DNA of 64,000 nt from Oculina patagonica (Eukaryota), in the NCBI RefSeq assembly GCF_052425735.1, contig NC_135769.1:18662001-18726000 (forward strand), read 5' to 3'. The notes beneath the pieces are model-generated. The model had not been told where the DNA came from and ran no database searches. It worked only from the letters and a program-made list of their open reading frames with translations. Positions 38,467 to 50,956 of the stretch are shown here, piece after piece (the stretch's first letter is position 1; each line of letters starts with the position of its first letter). Made by a program: the position numbers and the translations under genes.

Positions 38467-39676
38467 CTATCAGCGTACTGCTGGTCATTTTCACTGACGA
38501 GCGCGGATGGTGTACTTAGAGCTGATAGTTGCAGTACAAGACCCCTCAAATTAGCAAAATGATGGGAAATTCAGGCTATAATATGTTTTCAATTTCACCA
38601 AAAGTAAACCATTCATATTCACGATCAATACTTTGAGTTACAGAAAAAAAAAACAGTTCACATTATTTAACATTGCTATTTATATTCGGGACCAATATTC
38701 AGTTGTTAACGTACAAGCGACAACTAATTGATTATGAGAAATATTAATTCAAGTGGTTGATATTTGTTCAACAGTGACATCTTCTGCATTCCCCTATAGT
38801 ATCAGTTCACATTCACAAAGAAAACAATTACGTACAGGACTTTATTTCGCTTACAGAATAGTGCAAAATTCACGAAATTCACCCATTTAATATCTAATTT
38901 TTACTCCGCTTTATTTGCGGTTAGCTTTTATTTGTTGGTTAGGACAGTACTATCGATTTAACGTATAGTATTACCCCAACCAAAAAAAAAAAAACAACCG
39001 CAAGCAAACTGGAGTAAAAACATACAATTAAATTGGTGCCATTCCGTCATTCCGCCCTTCTGCTGAGTAGGGTCGCCCTTACATTTGTATTCAGCAATTT
39101 CTACGCATCATATTTTGCGCACCCAATTGAGTCACGCTGAGCAAACATCACCGAAGGCTCGATGGCTTCACAATAAACATATCCTCGCTAAGCCTTGATT
39201 TCCGGCTGATACTTGTTCAAACAAGAAAATGAAATGTTCATTTTACTGATGAGATGTCACTAGCTACAGAAAGCCGTACAAAACAACAAATACTATTACT
39301 GAGCATTTAAATGTCAACTCTAGTTCAAAACTGACGTTCTCATAGAAATTGACCTAATTTTTATTTCTTTTTGGCCAACAAAAATAAACTCATAATTTTA
39401 CCACGTCGTTGATTACCATAGTCGTTTTTATCATTTTAACCATACCCTGATAAATATTTCGTTTTTTGTAACATTTTGACAATGTGCTGATAAACGCTGT
39501 CACTCTTGAAGCTTTTATAGTTTAAACAAGTTCTGAAACTTTGAAATTTCATTTTCCACTGGCCATCAGAAATATTTCAGTCTTTTCGCTCGCATCGGCC
39601 GGGCCGAACAAACTGAAGGTTCTCAATAACGGCTACCGCGATTTTGGGATTTAAAACAATTATTTTGCCAAGTAAA
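38467..39676. repeat. Inverted duplicate of the A/B intergenic module, including the first ~7 codons of a B-type gene on the minus strand
   Basis: 38467-38505 is the reverse complement of the B start (CGCGCTCGTCAGTGAAAATGACCAGCAGTACGCTGATAG). ~39060-39676 mirrors ~29691-30335. Confidence 0.88.
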
Positions 39677-41293
39677 ATGAGTAGCAGTACATTGATTGAG
39701 GTGTTTGGTCATATCGTGTTCAGTTTTACACGAGGCGTAACAGAGCACTTCAACCCGGAAGAACCTGAATTCACAGCAGAGTCTTTTGGCTACGATCCTC
39801 TACAAAGCACAGGTCGAGAATGGTATTATCTTCCTGTTGATGAGCTTATTTATGAAGAATACAGCGACAGAGCAGTCACAAACTTTCACTACCTGCCGTC
39901 AAGCCGTCTTAATGTGAAGGTTATAAACGCGTGTTCGCCAGAGGAAAACGAAGAACCTCAGGAAGACCAGCAAGATGAAGATAGAGCAATGGCTTGGAAG
40001 CGACTCAGACCATCCGCTCTCCGTACAGTTTGTAAATCAATGTACATTGGATCTTTGATTTCACTAGTTACCGCAACCATCACAAGTTCAGTGTACATGC
40101 TCATTTCATATCTCTCTTACAAAACTAAACTTAATTGCCAATTTCATCTAAAGAAAACAATTCCAGTGCCAATTCAGTGGATGAGAACAATTTCTGGTGT
40201 GATATCTTGTGCTTTTCTTTACATTTGGTTCTTTGCAAGCATGTTATTTCTTTTTCGCCCACACCAGTTAATGGGGGTGAAAAGAAAACTTATTTTGATA
40301 TCTTTTCTTTTTTACTGTTTGGATTCACTTTATCGTGTGGCTCTTCAAGCACTAGGAATATCGTATTCCGAGCCTTCTGCCTTACAAAGAGCTCCATGCA
40401 ACGTTTTGTTTCTAATCAGTATATGTTGGCAAGTTTATCTTTTAAAGAATCACTTCCATATGCTACGGCCAAGAGCACAACAGAAGATTTTTTTCCTTCA
40501 AATGATTATACCTAGCTGTTTTTGTTTAGCTCTTGGTATGATTATTGTGTCTTTCATCTACCCAGCCTACAACAAGCAAAGCAAGGAAGGTAAATTACTA
40601 ATCGCGATTTTCGCTCCTCTTGCTGGAGTCGCACTTAAAGTAATATCGAGAATTTCCGTTCAGCGGTTACGGAACATCACCCATCCGGGATATTCCTATG
40701 TCTTATTAGTGGCGCTGTATTTTGGCTCAGCGGTCATGTTTCGAGTTTTACAAGCGGATCTTGACAGTTTAGAAACCATCGCCATTCTTGGAATAATTCA
40801 CGGCGTTGCAGAAGTTATAGAGCGGAGCACCATGGTTGTTATTGATCACATTTGTCACGTGATTTGCAAAAGAACATCAGCTCCTTGGGGAAGTTTTCGT
40901 ACTCCTCGTCGTGAGAGACTAATGGCTGATATCACTATCTTGAGCATGTTATCTGAATCTACTGCTATCGTGTCTGTAAATGGATTCTTGTACTTGTATC
41001 AATTTATTTACTTACAAAATGATTCCTTTTTGAAGCTTCTGCAATCATTCGCCATTCATACTTCAGTTCAGCTGGTGATTGAGTGGTTTTTCACCAGCAT
41101 GTCTCTAGCGATCGAGACTCGATATCAGAATATGGCTGTCATGGCTGTTTGGCGTAGAAGATGGAAAAGACATGTGTTAGTAGCAATTGTAAATGCGGTG
41201 CCTTTAGCACTGTGGACTAGTACTAACCTTATAGTAATTGTTCATGGGCGCTTTGGTGAGGCCAGTCAACCTTGCAAGCTGCCATTTACTTAA
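39677..41293 (+). CDS. ~11-TM family copy D (538 aa), mosaic of A-, B- and C-type sequence
   Basis: Intact ORF from ATG 39677. Confidence 0.92.
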   Translation: MSSSTLIEVFGHIVFSFTRGVTEHFNPEEPEFTAESFGYDPLQSTGREWYYLPVDELIYEEYSDRAVTNFHYLPSSRLNVKVINACSPEENEEPQEDQQDEDRAMAWKRLRPSALRTVCKSMYIGSLISLVTATITSSVYMLISYLSYKTKLNCQFHLKKTIPVPIQWMRTISGVISCAFLYIWFFASMLFLFRPHQLMGVKRKLILISFLFYCLDSLYRVALQALGISYSEPSALQRAPCNVLFLISICWQVYLLKNHFHMLRPRAQQKIFFLQMIIPSCFCLALGMIIVSFIYPAYNKQSKEGKLLIAIFAPLAGVALKVISRISVQRLRNITHPGYSYVLLVALYFGSAVMFRVLQADLDSLETIAILGIIHGVAEVIERSTMVVIDHICHVICKRTSAPWGSFRTPRRERLMADITILSMLSESTAIVSVNGFLYLYQFIYLQNDSFLKLLQSFAIHTSVQLVIEWFFTSMSLAIETRYQNMAVMAVWRRRWKRHVLVAIVNAVPLALWTSTNLIVIVHGRFGEASQPCKLPFT

Positions 41294-41547
41294 GCGTAGA
41301 CAACTGACAGGGAACCGTGATGCTCCCGAGTACTTTTTATTTCAAGGCCTTTTTGTCCCAGCTGTCCATCTGCAAGTCCCAATTCATAAAAAGGCCTAAA
41401 ACAGCTCTAGGTACGAGATAATTAAGAATTGACTCATGCTTAGCGTGCGGATATCAAGTTATGCACACGGGAACTTTGGAGGCTAAAGCACTAAAGGAGC
41501 GTAAGAGTTACAAGAGTTTCTTGATGTCGCTTTTAAAATCTTAAATA

Positions 41548-43906
41548 TTCTTGGTTTTCACGTGACGTCATCAAAATTCTAAATCCAGAATCGCGAGCCC
41601 CCTGACTTTTTATCCTTCACTTACCTACTAGAAGATGGTTTTCCATGTTCTATTTAACAAATAGATTTCATTTTGCCGTGCGTCTGTTCAGTAATAGATC
41701 ACAGATGACGTCAAAATGTGGTATGAACAGAGAAGTGGCCCACGAGGCGCTAGCCGAGTGGGTCACTGATGTTCATACCACATTTTGACGTCTTCTGTGA
41801 TCTATTACTGAACAGACGCACGGCAAAATGAAATCTATTTGTTTTATATAATAACACAAGACTTCAGCATACTTCTGTGTGAGCAATGCTGCCGTACCGA
41901 TGAGCTAAGTTGTTTTGATTTCACTATTAAGTTTTCGTTAACACGAAGCACTGTTAATCCGATTGAATAAACAGAAAAATGGTCAATTGAAAGTCAATGA
42001 AAAAACTAACCTTTATTCCGATTTGGAAAGTTCGGTTCAAATCTGTAAGCATTAACCGAAGCGTTCAACCGCAATTCGTCCAATTCGTTTGTTTTCCGTG
42101 GCGTCGTCCAACTGTACAACATCGATCAAACTTTCATACAGATTTCGGATAATTTCTCGAATAATTCACTGTCTTTTTCAAGCTTGTTTCGCCCAGTTAA
42201 ATGCTTCGAAAAGTGAACGATGCTTGGCGTATTGTTTCTCACTGAAGATTTGTAATTAAGCTGAACTTTTTTGCTTTGTTGTGGCCCCGCAAGTTTGAAA
42301 AACTTTACCGACAACTCTGATTTGGACTATGAACTCTGATCACGCGCGCGAGTCACACCACCGCGTGACGTCATCCATGTGTCTGTACTCTGATAGATCA
42401 TAAGTAAGAACCAATCAAAATGCGCGTAGAATTCAGGTTATTATATAAAAGAAAATAATGCACGCTTGAGGTCTAGAAAAGCTGGTAGTGGATGCCCGAG
42501 CCGTGAGGCGAGGGCATTCAGCTCCTTTTCTAGACCTCAAAAGTGCATTATTTTCTTATAGGACATAGGAAAACCATCTCCTAGTAGGTTTAGAATATAG
42601 CATTAAAAAGAGCACAGAACTTACAAGACTCGCGGCCGCTTTATACGGCATTTACAAACGCACGCAACATCAGTAAAGTGAAAGTTTAGTTTATTCTTTT
42701 CTTTGGCGGCTTCTTTATAAATAAACCGAGATACCATTTCATTCATATTTCCTATTTATAGTCCTTTCTCCGACTACCAAAAGATTCTCACAGAGCCGAC
42801 AAATCTAGTTGAAATATTTACGCATTCAAGTCATGTTGGTTAAGCCTACTTCAATTTCATTCAAATGAAAAATTTTCATGCGTTCGTTTCGCAGCAAGTT
42901 TTTCAAATTCGCCTCTAATTTCGATATAAAAGAAACAAAAGTGGAGTGTTCTGTCTTTAGATTGTGGCTAAAAAAAGCTTTCTTACCTCAAAGCGATTCT
43001 AGAGTCCGGCTTGTTTTGCTAAATAATTTGCAATCAATTTCGGGCAGTTCACGGCAAAATAGTGGCGTACACAACTCCAAAGAAAAACAACAAATTTCAA
43101 CGATTCTTTCTTCATCTGTCGCTTCCTTTGGCACTGCCTTTTCTTCCATTTAAGCAAGAAAAACGTTTCTGATAAAAACTTTCTGCTTTAAAGCATCATT
43201 TAAACAATAAAACAAGAGAATAGAGGCGAAGTTGTTCAGCGAAATTCGACAAACAATTCGCACATCCGGGGTACCGGGCTTCTATAGTTTTCAGCTATGT
43301 TCTATAAAAAAATAATGCCCGCTAGAATTCCATCGCGCGTATACAGCGGCTATATTCTAATAGCTATTAGACGTCCTTAATATATATCTTATTGAAGGGT
43401 TTCAGCTCGATAGCATCCACCGTCTTTGAGAAATAACATTTTGAATTTCGGAGTTTTGCGCCACACGACATCAGAATGGCCGCCTGAAGGCTGTCACGTA
43501 TGCTTAAAAAGAATGCCTCATCCTGTTATTTTTAACGATCTGAACAATTGAGGCTTTACAAGAAGTGTTTATATGAATGTCTACGTGTTCACGAAGGTGA
43601 ACTGACCGCGCTTTATAGCAGAAGTGAATGCCAGATGTTTTCATTGATTTCCGGCGGCCATCTTGGTGCCCCTCCACATGGGATCCAACATGGCGTTTCC
43701 ATACTGTGCTCTCTAAATTTGTGTTAAACATTATGACGGATAACTCGAGTACGAAATATCGTACAGACCTGAGACTTGGACACGTAGACTACCTTGTTAT
43801 TTTCTACAACCTGCAAAATTCTTGATTTGTTTAACTCAATAGCTTTGGATTTATTTTTTGCAGCGCGTGACAGTATCGTTACTTGCGTGACAGTGAAAAC
43901 CAGCAA
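41548..43906. mobile_element. Three-level nested insertion: a TA-flanked TIR element containing two hairpin-ended elements (~41622-43360 and ~41656-42447)
   Basis: Termini TTCTTGGTTTTCAC / GTGAAAACCAGCAA. Absent from the paralogous site at ~36590. Internal long palindromes. Confidence 0.8.
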
Positions 43907-44237
43907 TACTTGAGTATACTTTCAATGTGCCTACCATTGATCTTCTAACAATTTCATTTTCAATACAGAGATATGGCATAAGACAGACGGACTTGTTTCA
44001 TTTACCGAAAGCACGGACTGAAGCAAATCATTTTATTATCTTATTATCTTATTTATAATCGTATTCAAAATAACATGTAATTTTTACATTTTCTTATATA
44101 TTTTGTACAGATATAATTTAACTCAGGTATAAGTAATATTATTTTATTTTTACACGTTACATAAGCAAGGTTCATGAACTTCTTATTTTTATATATATAT
44201 TTTAATCAGGGCTTCTGTCTATACGTAGAAGAAGAGT

Positions 44238-44768
44238 GACTATAAAACATTGCAATAAAATAGAAAATGTTAAAACCATCTTGGTTTAAAAAGTTTTAAA
44301 AAGGCGACGACGTTTCGACTTTTTAACGTCATTATCAAGTCAAAAATGAATAAAATTCGGTGCGACTATAAATGCATAAGAAAATTCCTAATACAGTATT
44401 CTCACGCAGTCACGTGAAGAGAAAAAAATGCAGATCAAAAAATGAAAAAATGCAGATCAAAGTATGATTGTTTGATTTTCGAGATGTCGTTCTTTAGGGA
44501 ATTGAACTCTGAGCTAAATGTCTCTATTCGCGCCAAACTCTTCACGTGACTGCGTGCGAATACCGTATTACATCATCGTGACAGTTTTTAGTTTCTTTTT
44601 CGGTCTCTTGGGGCCGGGATTTTCTTATATATTTATAGTCGTACCTAATTATAATCATTTTTGACTTGATAATGACGTTAAGCGAACGTTGAAACGTCGT
44701 CGCCTTTTTAAAACTTTTTAAACCAAGATGGTTTTAACATTTTCTATTTTATCGCAATGTTTTATAGT
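44238..44768 (+). mobile_element. Penelope-like retroelement 3' remnant with an inverted pseudo-LTR; single arm also at ~36950-37100
   Basis: ~150-bp inverted arms (44238-44390 and 44616-44768). Central peptide KKCRSKYDCLIFEM...LNVSIRAKLFT* (44442-44549) resembles a Penelope GIY-YIG C-terminus. CTTCTGTCTATA occurs on both flanks. Confidence 0.7.
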
Positions 44769-46725
44769 CTTCTGTCTATAGCAATTTTAATTGTGACACT
44801 GAAGGAGTACCCTGAATAAATACAATAAATGTTTTACTTTCTTACCTATCGAAATCCCTTGAGAGTCAACTATTAAGTGAGTAAGTCGACAGAAACTAAG
44901 AGCAACTGGTCCAACTGTTCAGGCGTAATTCAGAAATAAACACAATGTAGGAAAATCCTGGAAGAATATTGTTTGGAATTCTATTTCATTTTGGAGACAT
45001 CCCTGATTTACACTGAATCATCATACATCAGGCTCAAAGTGAACGAGAATTTCCTACACATTTCTTGAAAATCGTGCGATGACAGCAATCAGAAGTTGTT
45101 GTCTAGAAACTCGCCAGAATGTTTCTCCTTGGCAACCCACTGGCAACCTTGTCCCAAGGGCCCGAGGGTCGGGTAGAAAAGAGATCCTGGGAACGAGGTT
45201 GTCTCTTAGACAACGCAGTATAATATACGCACACAGACGAAATGAGAAGTGACTTCCGCTTTGAAGCGAGCGCAAGTTTCGCTTATCACCGCTAAACCAT
45301 CATTGCTTAAGAGTCTTAAGAAAACTACAGGGGGCTAAGGCATCCGGTTAAAAAATGCCCTTCAGACTTCCAACCTAATAAAACTATTTTTATCAAATGT
45401 GGCTAGCTACCGCTTGACATAAGTACTAAAAGTATGGAAAAATTAATAAAGACCTATAACAGTGTTGTGTTGAAAACACTAGGCATAAAAATCGAACCAG
45501 AAAACTTTTACGGCTACAGTTAGAACTCTGATTTCTCGAACCCTCGGGTTCTCGAAATTATCGAACCAATTTCCGTTTTTATTGGAAGATTTTACCCCCG
45601 ATTTCTCGATTTTTTCGATTTCTTGATGCAATTTTTGTTTACCCGAAAGATTTAAGAAACTGGAACTTAACTGTGTTCACAGAACGAAGATATCAGTAAA
45701 CCCTTCACAACCCGTCTATCCAGTCAGACACTTACTGAACAGTGCATCCGCTCAGTTGAACTTACATTGTACATGTCCTTTTGTTTCCTTTCCAATAAAT
45801 ACAGTAGAATCCCGATTTCGAAATCGGGATTCTACTTTGTTATTATTCTTCCTTTTTTTCAACGCCTGCAATAATTGCCAAATTTTAATGGCGCTCTGAA
45901 AGTGAACTCTAGTTCTTCTTTAAAAACAGGTGATGGCTATATTTCTTCTCTGAGGTTCGAATGAGTCCACTACTTATGAGTGTCATTTTTTCATCGGATT
46001 TTTTTTAGTGCTTCCGGGACAATGTCAGTGCCAAAAATGACACTTGCCCTGAAGAATGATCAAGGCGATTTTGAAATTTTAATGAAGGGATGAGTTCGCA
46101 CAAATGAAATACGAAGGAAAGAACGGCTCTTTGCGGAGGCATTTTCAATATTTGATTTTGTATTTATTAAAATAAAAATACACTTAAAAGACTGGGACGT
46201 GACTTATTTAGATAAGAACAAGCTTTCTGCTACAAGCTTACGCGCTCAGCTTCACTGGAAGAACTTACTCGTGTCAATACTTCAGCGAAGAAATAAAAAA
46301 ACAAGACAGAAATAGGATCTTTCAGGAAGCTAGAGATCGCATAGACGGGCATTTATTTAAAAATTTACGCCCTTACAAAATAACCTTGACAAGTCTCACA
46401 GGAAGAGCTCGTGACAGCGATATGTTGAAACGACACCTTTTTGAGGACCTAATTCATGTCTGCAATATTTCCGTTTCAAGAATGAAACGGCAAAACAAGA
46501 TCATTGAGAAGTTTTCATTACTTCATTCAAGGGGAGAAGCAGCACGTTCGAGAGTGTACGGGGACAGAAGGACTTCATTCATCATATTTAACACTTAACA
46601 AACAACGTTGACTTACTACTAAAGTCACTTAAAGTGACCCGTGTGTAGCTAAACCTTATCTAAGCTCAAAATAGGCTGGACGACTACCAAGATCGTTAAA
46701 CTTTATACGACTTTATCCAGTGAAA

Positions 46726-48363
46726 ATGAGTAGCAGTACACTACTAGAAGTTTTTGGTCACATTTTGTTCAGTTTTACTCGAGGCGTGACAGAACACTAT
46801 AACCCAGAAGAACCTGAATTCACGGAAGAGTCTTTTGGCTACGATCCTCTACAAAGCACAGGTCGAGAATGGAATTATCATCCTGTTGATGAGCTTATTT
46901 ATCAGGAATACAGCGACAGAGAAATCAAAAGCTGGGACTATCTAGTGTCCAGCCGTCTTAATGTAAGGGTTATAGACGCGTGTTCGCCGGAGAAAAACGA
47001 AGAAATACAGGAAGATCAGCAAGATGAAGATAGAGCAATGGCTTGGAAACGACTCAGACCATCCGCTTTCAGTACAGTTTGTAAATCAATGTACATTGGA
47101 GCTTTGATTTCACTTCTTACTGCTACCATCATAGGTTCCGTATACGTGATGATTTTGTATGTTTGTTACAGAACTGGACTCAGGTGCTACTTTTACCCTA
47201 AGAAGACCATTCCAGTACAAATCCAATGGATGAGATCAATTTCTAGTATGATATCTTGCGCTTTTCTGTACGTGTGGTACTTTTTAAGTATTCTATTTCT
47301 TTTCCGTCCATTTCAGTTAATGGGCGTGAAGAGAAAACTTTTTCTGGTCTGCGGCCTTGTTTACTGTTTAGATTCTCTTTATCGTTTCGCTCTACAAGTC
47401 CTTGGAATATCTTATTCCAAGATTTCTACCGTACAAAAGATTCCACTCAACGTTTTGTTTTTTATCAGTGTATTTTGGCAAGTCTTCTTTATCACGAATC
47501 ACTTCCGTATGCGACGAACAAGAAGGCAGCAGGTAACATTTTTCTTTCAAATGATTTTGCCCGGCTGTTCCCATTTCTTTGTTGGTTTGACTGCCGCCTG
47601 GTTTATTTACCCAGCCTACAACAAACAACACAAGGAAGGCAAATTGCTAATCGCAATTTTCGCTCCTCTAATTGGAGTCGTTGTCAAAACAATCTCGAGA
47701 ATTTGCGTTCAGCGTTTATGGAACATCACTCATCCAGGATATTCTTACGCCTTATTAGTGCCGCTGTATTTCGGCTCAGCGGTGATATTTAGAGTTTTAC
47801 AAGCGGAACTTGGTAGTTTACGATCCATTGCTATTCTTGGAATAATTCACGGCGCAGCAGAAGTTATAGAGCGAAGCACCATGGTTGTTATTGATCACAT
47901 TTTTCATCTTATTTGGAAAAGAAAGACAGCTCCTTGGGGAAGTTTTCGTACCCCTCGCCGTGAGAGACTAATGGCTGATATCGCTATCATGAGCATGTTT
48001 TATGAATCAGCTGCTATAGTGTCTGTTAACGGCTTTTTGTACTTGTATCAATTTATTTACTTACAAAACGATTCCCTTTTGAAGTTACTGCAGTCGTTTG
48101 CCATTCACACTTCAGTTCAGCTGGTGATTGAGTGGTTTTTCACCAGCGTGTCTCTAGCGATCGAGACTCGCTATCAGAATATGGCTGTCATGGCTGTTTG
48201 GCGAAGAAGATGGAAAAGACATACTTTAGTTGCGATCGTTAATGTGGCACCATTAGCTTTGTGGACTGCTGGAAACCTTTTAACAATCGTACATGAGCAC
48301 TTTAGCGAGTCCGTTAACCAGCCTTGCAAAATTGATGCCATTTACTTGAGAGTGGAGACATAA
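46726..48363 (+). CDS. ~11-TM family copy E (545 aa) with a frameshifted C-terminal tail
   Basis: ORF from ATG 46726. A 4-nt insertion after QPCK replaces MPFT* with IDAIYLRVET*. Confidence 0.9.
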   Translation: MSSSTLLEVFGHILFSFTRGVTEHYNPEEPEFTEESFGYDPLQSTGREWNYHPVDELIYQEYSDREIKSWDYLVSSRLNVRVIDACSPEKNEEIQEDQQDEDRAMAWKRLRPSAFSTVCKSMYIGALISLLTATIIGSVYVMILYVCYRTGLRCYFYPKKTIPVQIQWMRSISSMISCAFLYVWYFLSILFLFRPFQLMGVKRKLFLVCGLVYCLDSLYRFALQVLGISYSKISTVQKIPLNVLFFISVFWQVFFITNHFRMRRTRRQQVTFFFQMILPGCSHFFVGLTAAWFIYPAYNKQHKEGKLLIAIFAPLIGVVVKTISRICVQRLWNITHPGYSYALLVPLYFGSAVIFRVLQAELGSLRSIAILGIIHGAAEVIERSTMVVIDHIFHLIWKRKTAPWGSFRTPRRERLMADIAIMSMFYESAAIVSVNGFLYLYQFIYLQNDSLLKLLQSFAIHTSVQLVIEWFFTSVSLAIETRYQNMAVMAVWRRRWKRHTLVAIVNVAPLALWTAGNLLTIVHEHFSESVNQPCKIDAIYLRVET

Positions 48364-49025
48364 GAGCTCTCTCATTTACTTGAGAGTGAAGACAAAAAGC
48401 TCCCTTAATGGGGCCACGTTTATCGAAACAACTCATGTAACAAGGTCATTTCACTGATGATTACTTATGATTAACCGCTGATACAGAACAGAAAGACAAC
48501 AGCGCAGTAAAGTGGAAATGATTTCACGTGTTCAGCTTTTGGCGATTTTCCTTGATGAGTAGTTGTCCCCTAAAAAGCGATGGCTGCCCGACCGACCGAT
48601 CGACTGTATTCTTAACCAAAACCAATCATGAAATTCCAACATGTTATCTCAAAAACTCATGCAAAACCACGAGGTCTTCAAGGAATGCTCGAAAATACTT
48701 ACAAAGCGAAAATATTGCTTATTAGTATGGGCAATTAATTACTTTATTCGACCAATTGGAAATGACAGAAATCACAGCCATGTGTATAAAGAGTACTCAG
48801 CTAACAGGAAATTACAATATATCATGCCATGCCATGCTACATTTATTTGTCACGACAGTTTATGTCACGAACTAGTATGTCACGATATTTCAATCACAAT
48901 ATTTTGTCTATATTAGTATATTAGTACTAGTTTTTGTGATGTATAAACTTGTAAATATACGACTATATTTTAAAATCGGAGGAATCCTAGTTTAGTGTAA
49001 GCTAGGAAAACACAAAAATAGATAA

Positions 49026-49258
49026 AGTCCGGGTCAAACGAGGATGAGAGTTGACTCTCGTGAGAGTTGACTCTCGTGAGAGTTTTCATCAACTATCATC
49101 AAATCGGGCCAAACGAGAGAAAACTCTCATCAACTTTCATGGAAAATTTGAACACGTTTAAAGTCGACGAGAGCGCATGAGAGTCGATGAGAGTTCCATG
49201 CCAAACGAGAGTGAGAGTTTGAACTCTCATCAACTCTCATCCTCGTTTGGCCCGGGCT
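49026..49258. mobile_element. PIF/Harbinger-like MITE with a TAA TSD
   Basis: TIR AGTCCGGGTCAAACGAGGATGAGAGTTGA / TCAACTCTCATCCTCGTTTGGCCCGGGCT. Empty paralogous site at ~57000. Confidence 0.85.
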
Positions 49259-50956
49259 TAATAATCATTCAACCAAAAAGGAACATAAGAAAATTTAAAC
49301 AAATAAATAGAACGAAAACCTGAAAAGTTCAGGCTAATTTTAAGATGAACCGTCTGTGATATAAAGGCCTTTTCATATCAAGGCGCCGGTTTTAATTAAA
49401 AAGTGAGGAATCTTGCCTGAAACGTACATAACTAACAGGCAGTTGTTTCTTTGATTTGTATTATGTATTCATATTAAGCATATTTGTAGCTTTTATATCT
49501 ATATTTTTTTATGAATAAACGTGCAACAGTGCTACCGTTTCAAAGTGGACATTTCATTTCATTTCATTTTCACCCGCCTGTCAATCTTTTCTAAAGTGTA
49601 TGCACTTTCTTCTTTACCTTAGATTAAATTCATTATATTGTCTAGTCACACTGACATGTACCATTTTCTATCAGCTCCCATTTCTGCTGTAGCATATTCC
49701 TTGCGCACCTTCTTCATTTTATTCATTGGCCCTTTGTTTGCAAACGAGCGCCAACCGCGAGCGACCGTGCTGGTTACGATTGAATTTCGACACGGCACTA
49801 TCGTTCTTTGGCTTCATTTCTCTGGGGTGCAAGGAACGCAGGCTCACATAACGACTGTGAATCGATTTCGGTGTGTAATTAATGTTCTCGCTGCGCTATA
49901 ACGTTAACGGCGAAGAGGCATGCACCCGCGACCTGGACCTCATGTGGAGTTAGGGGCCCGGCAGAGGGGTAGGTGCTTTGGCGGATGCTATGGAAACCGA
50001 CACCATAGCGAACGACGCTTTGCATTGAGTCACCCTGAAAATAACAATGAAGAAAGAAAGACAACCCTACCCTGAGAGGAAGAAAAAGACGGTGAATGAG
50101 AGGGAGGGGAGGGAGCGAAATTTGCGGACTAGAGCGACTGAGAACACGGCGCGAGAACTAGCGAACATGGCGACGCTTGTGCCAGGCTACAGCCCACGGG
50201 CAAGAACGAGGCTAGGCTGATGCAAGAGCGAGGCCGGGCTGGGCCGGCGACCTGAAAGTTGCTCCGCTAAACATAAACTTCTGCCAACGAACTTGACACC
50301 CAACTTATCTCGTTATGGAAAAAAAAAGACGTCATGGCACAAGGCAGTCTCCATCATGATATTATCCCTTCTCTCAAGAGAAGATCCTCTCTTACCCCGC
50401 CCCGGCAGTCCAAAGTTCCTCAGTTTAAAATGCGGTCAGATCGATACATTTTCGTTTTCCATGGTTACTTGATAGAAATGATGATAAAACCACAAAAATA
50501 CACTAATTCCTTTCATTTTCGAGCGGTTTCAACTTTGACTCATAAAACTATAACCAAGGCAGGAACCAAAAATGTGCAATATCAGCACGCATACAATCAG
50601 TCACGTGAATCTCGACTGATTAAGTTGAAATAGTCTATTTCAAATTATCATGTAGAAATATTTATGACAGGTTAGAAAGCAGTAAATATGAAAGTGCTTT
50701 AATATGGAAAAATTGAAATTCAAGATAAAATCCACTCGGCATAGGATCAGACCATAATGATGCGTAAATAGACGAATAATACACGGTTTGAGTGTCGGCA
50801 AGATGTAAAACAATGTAGAAGAAAGAGTTCCCAACTTTCAGTTTGATTGACGAGATTTCATTTCTTACGCAAAGACAAAGAGGCTACAAGATCCTGTTAA
50901 CTACCAGTTCCAACTACAGAATCAATGGGTTTCCCAATCGTACGTGGTCGGTAAAA

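Noticed and set aside
45803-45836. Perfect 34-bp palindrome
   Set aside because: It begins TACAGTAGAATCCCG like pogo-type MITE termini, so it is most simply a collapsed MITE.
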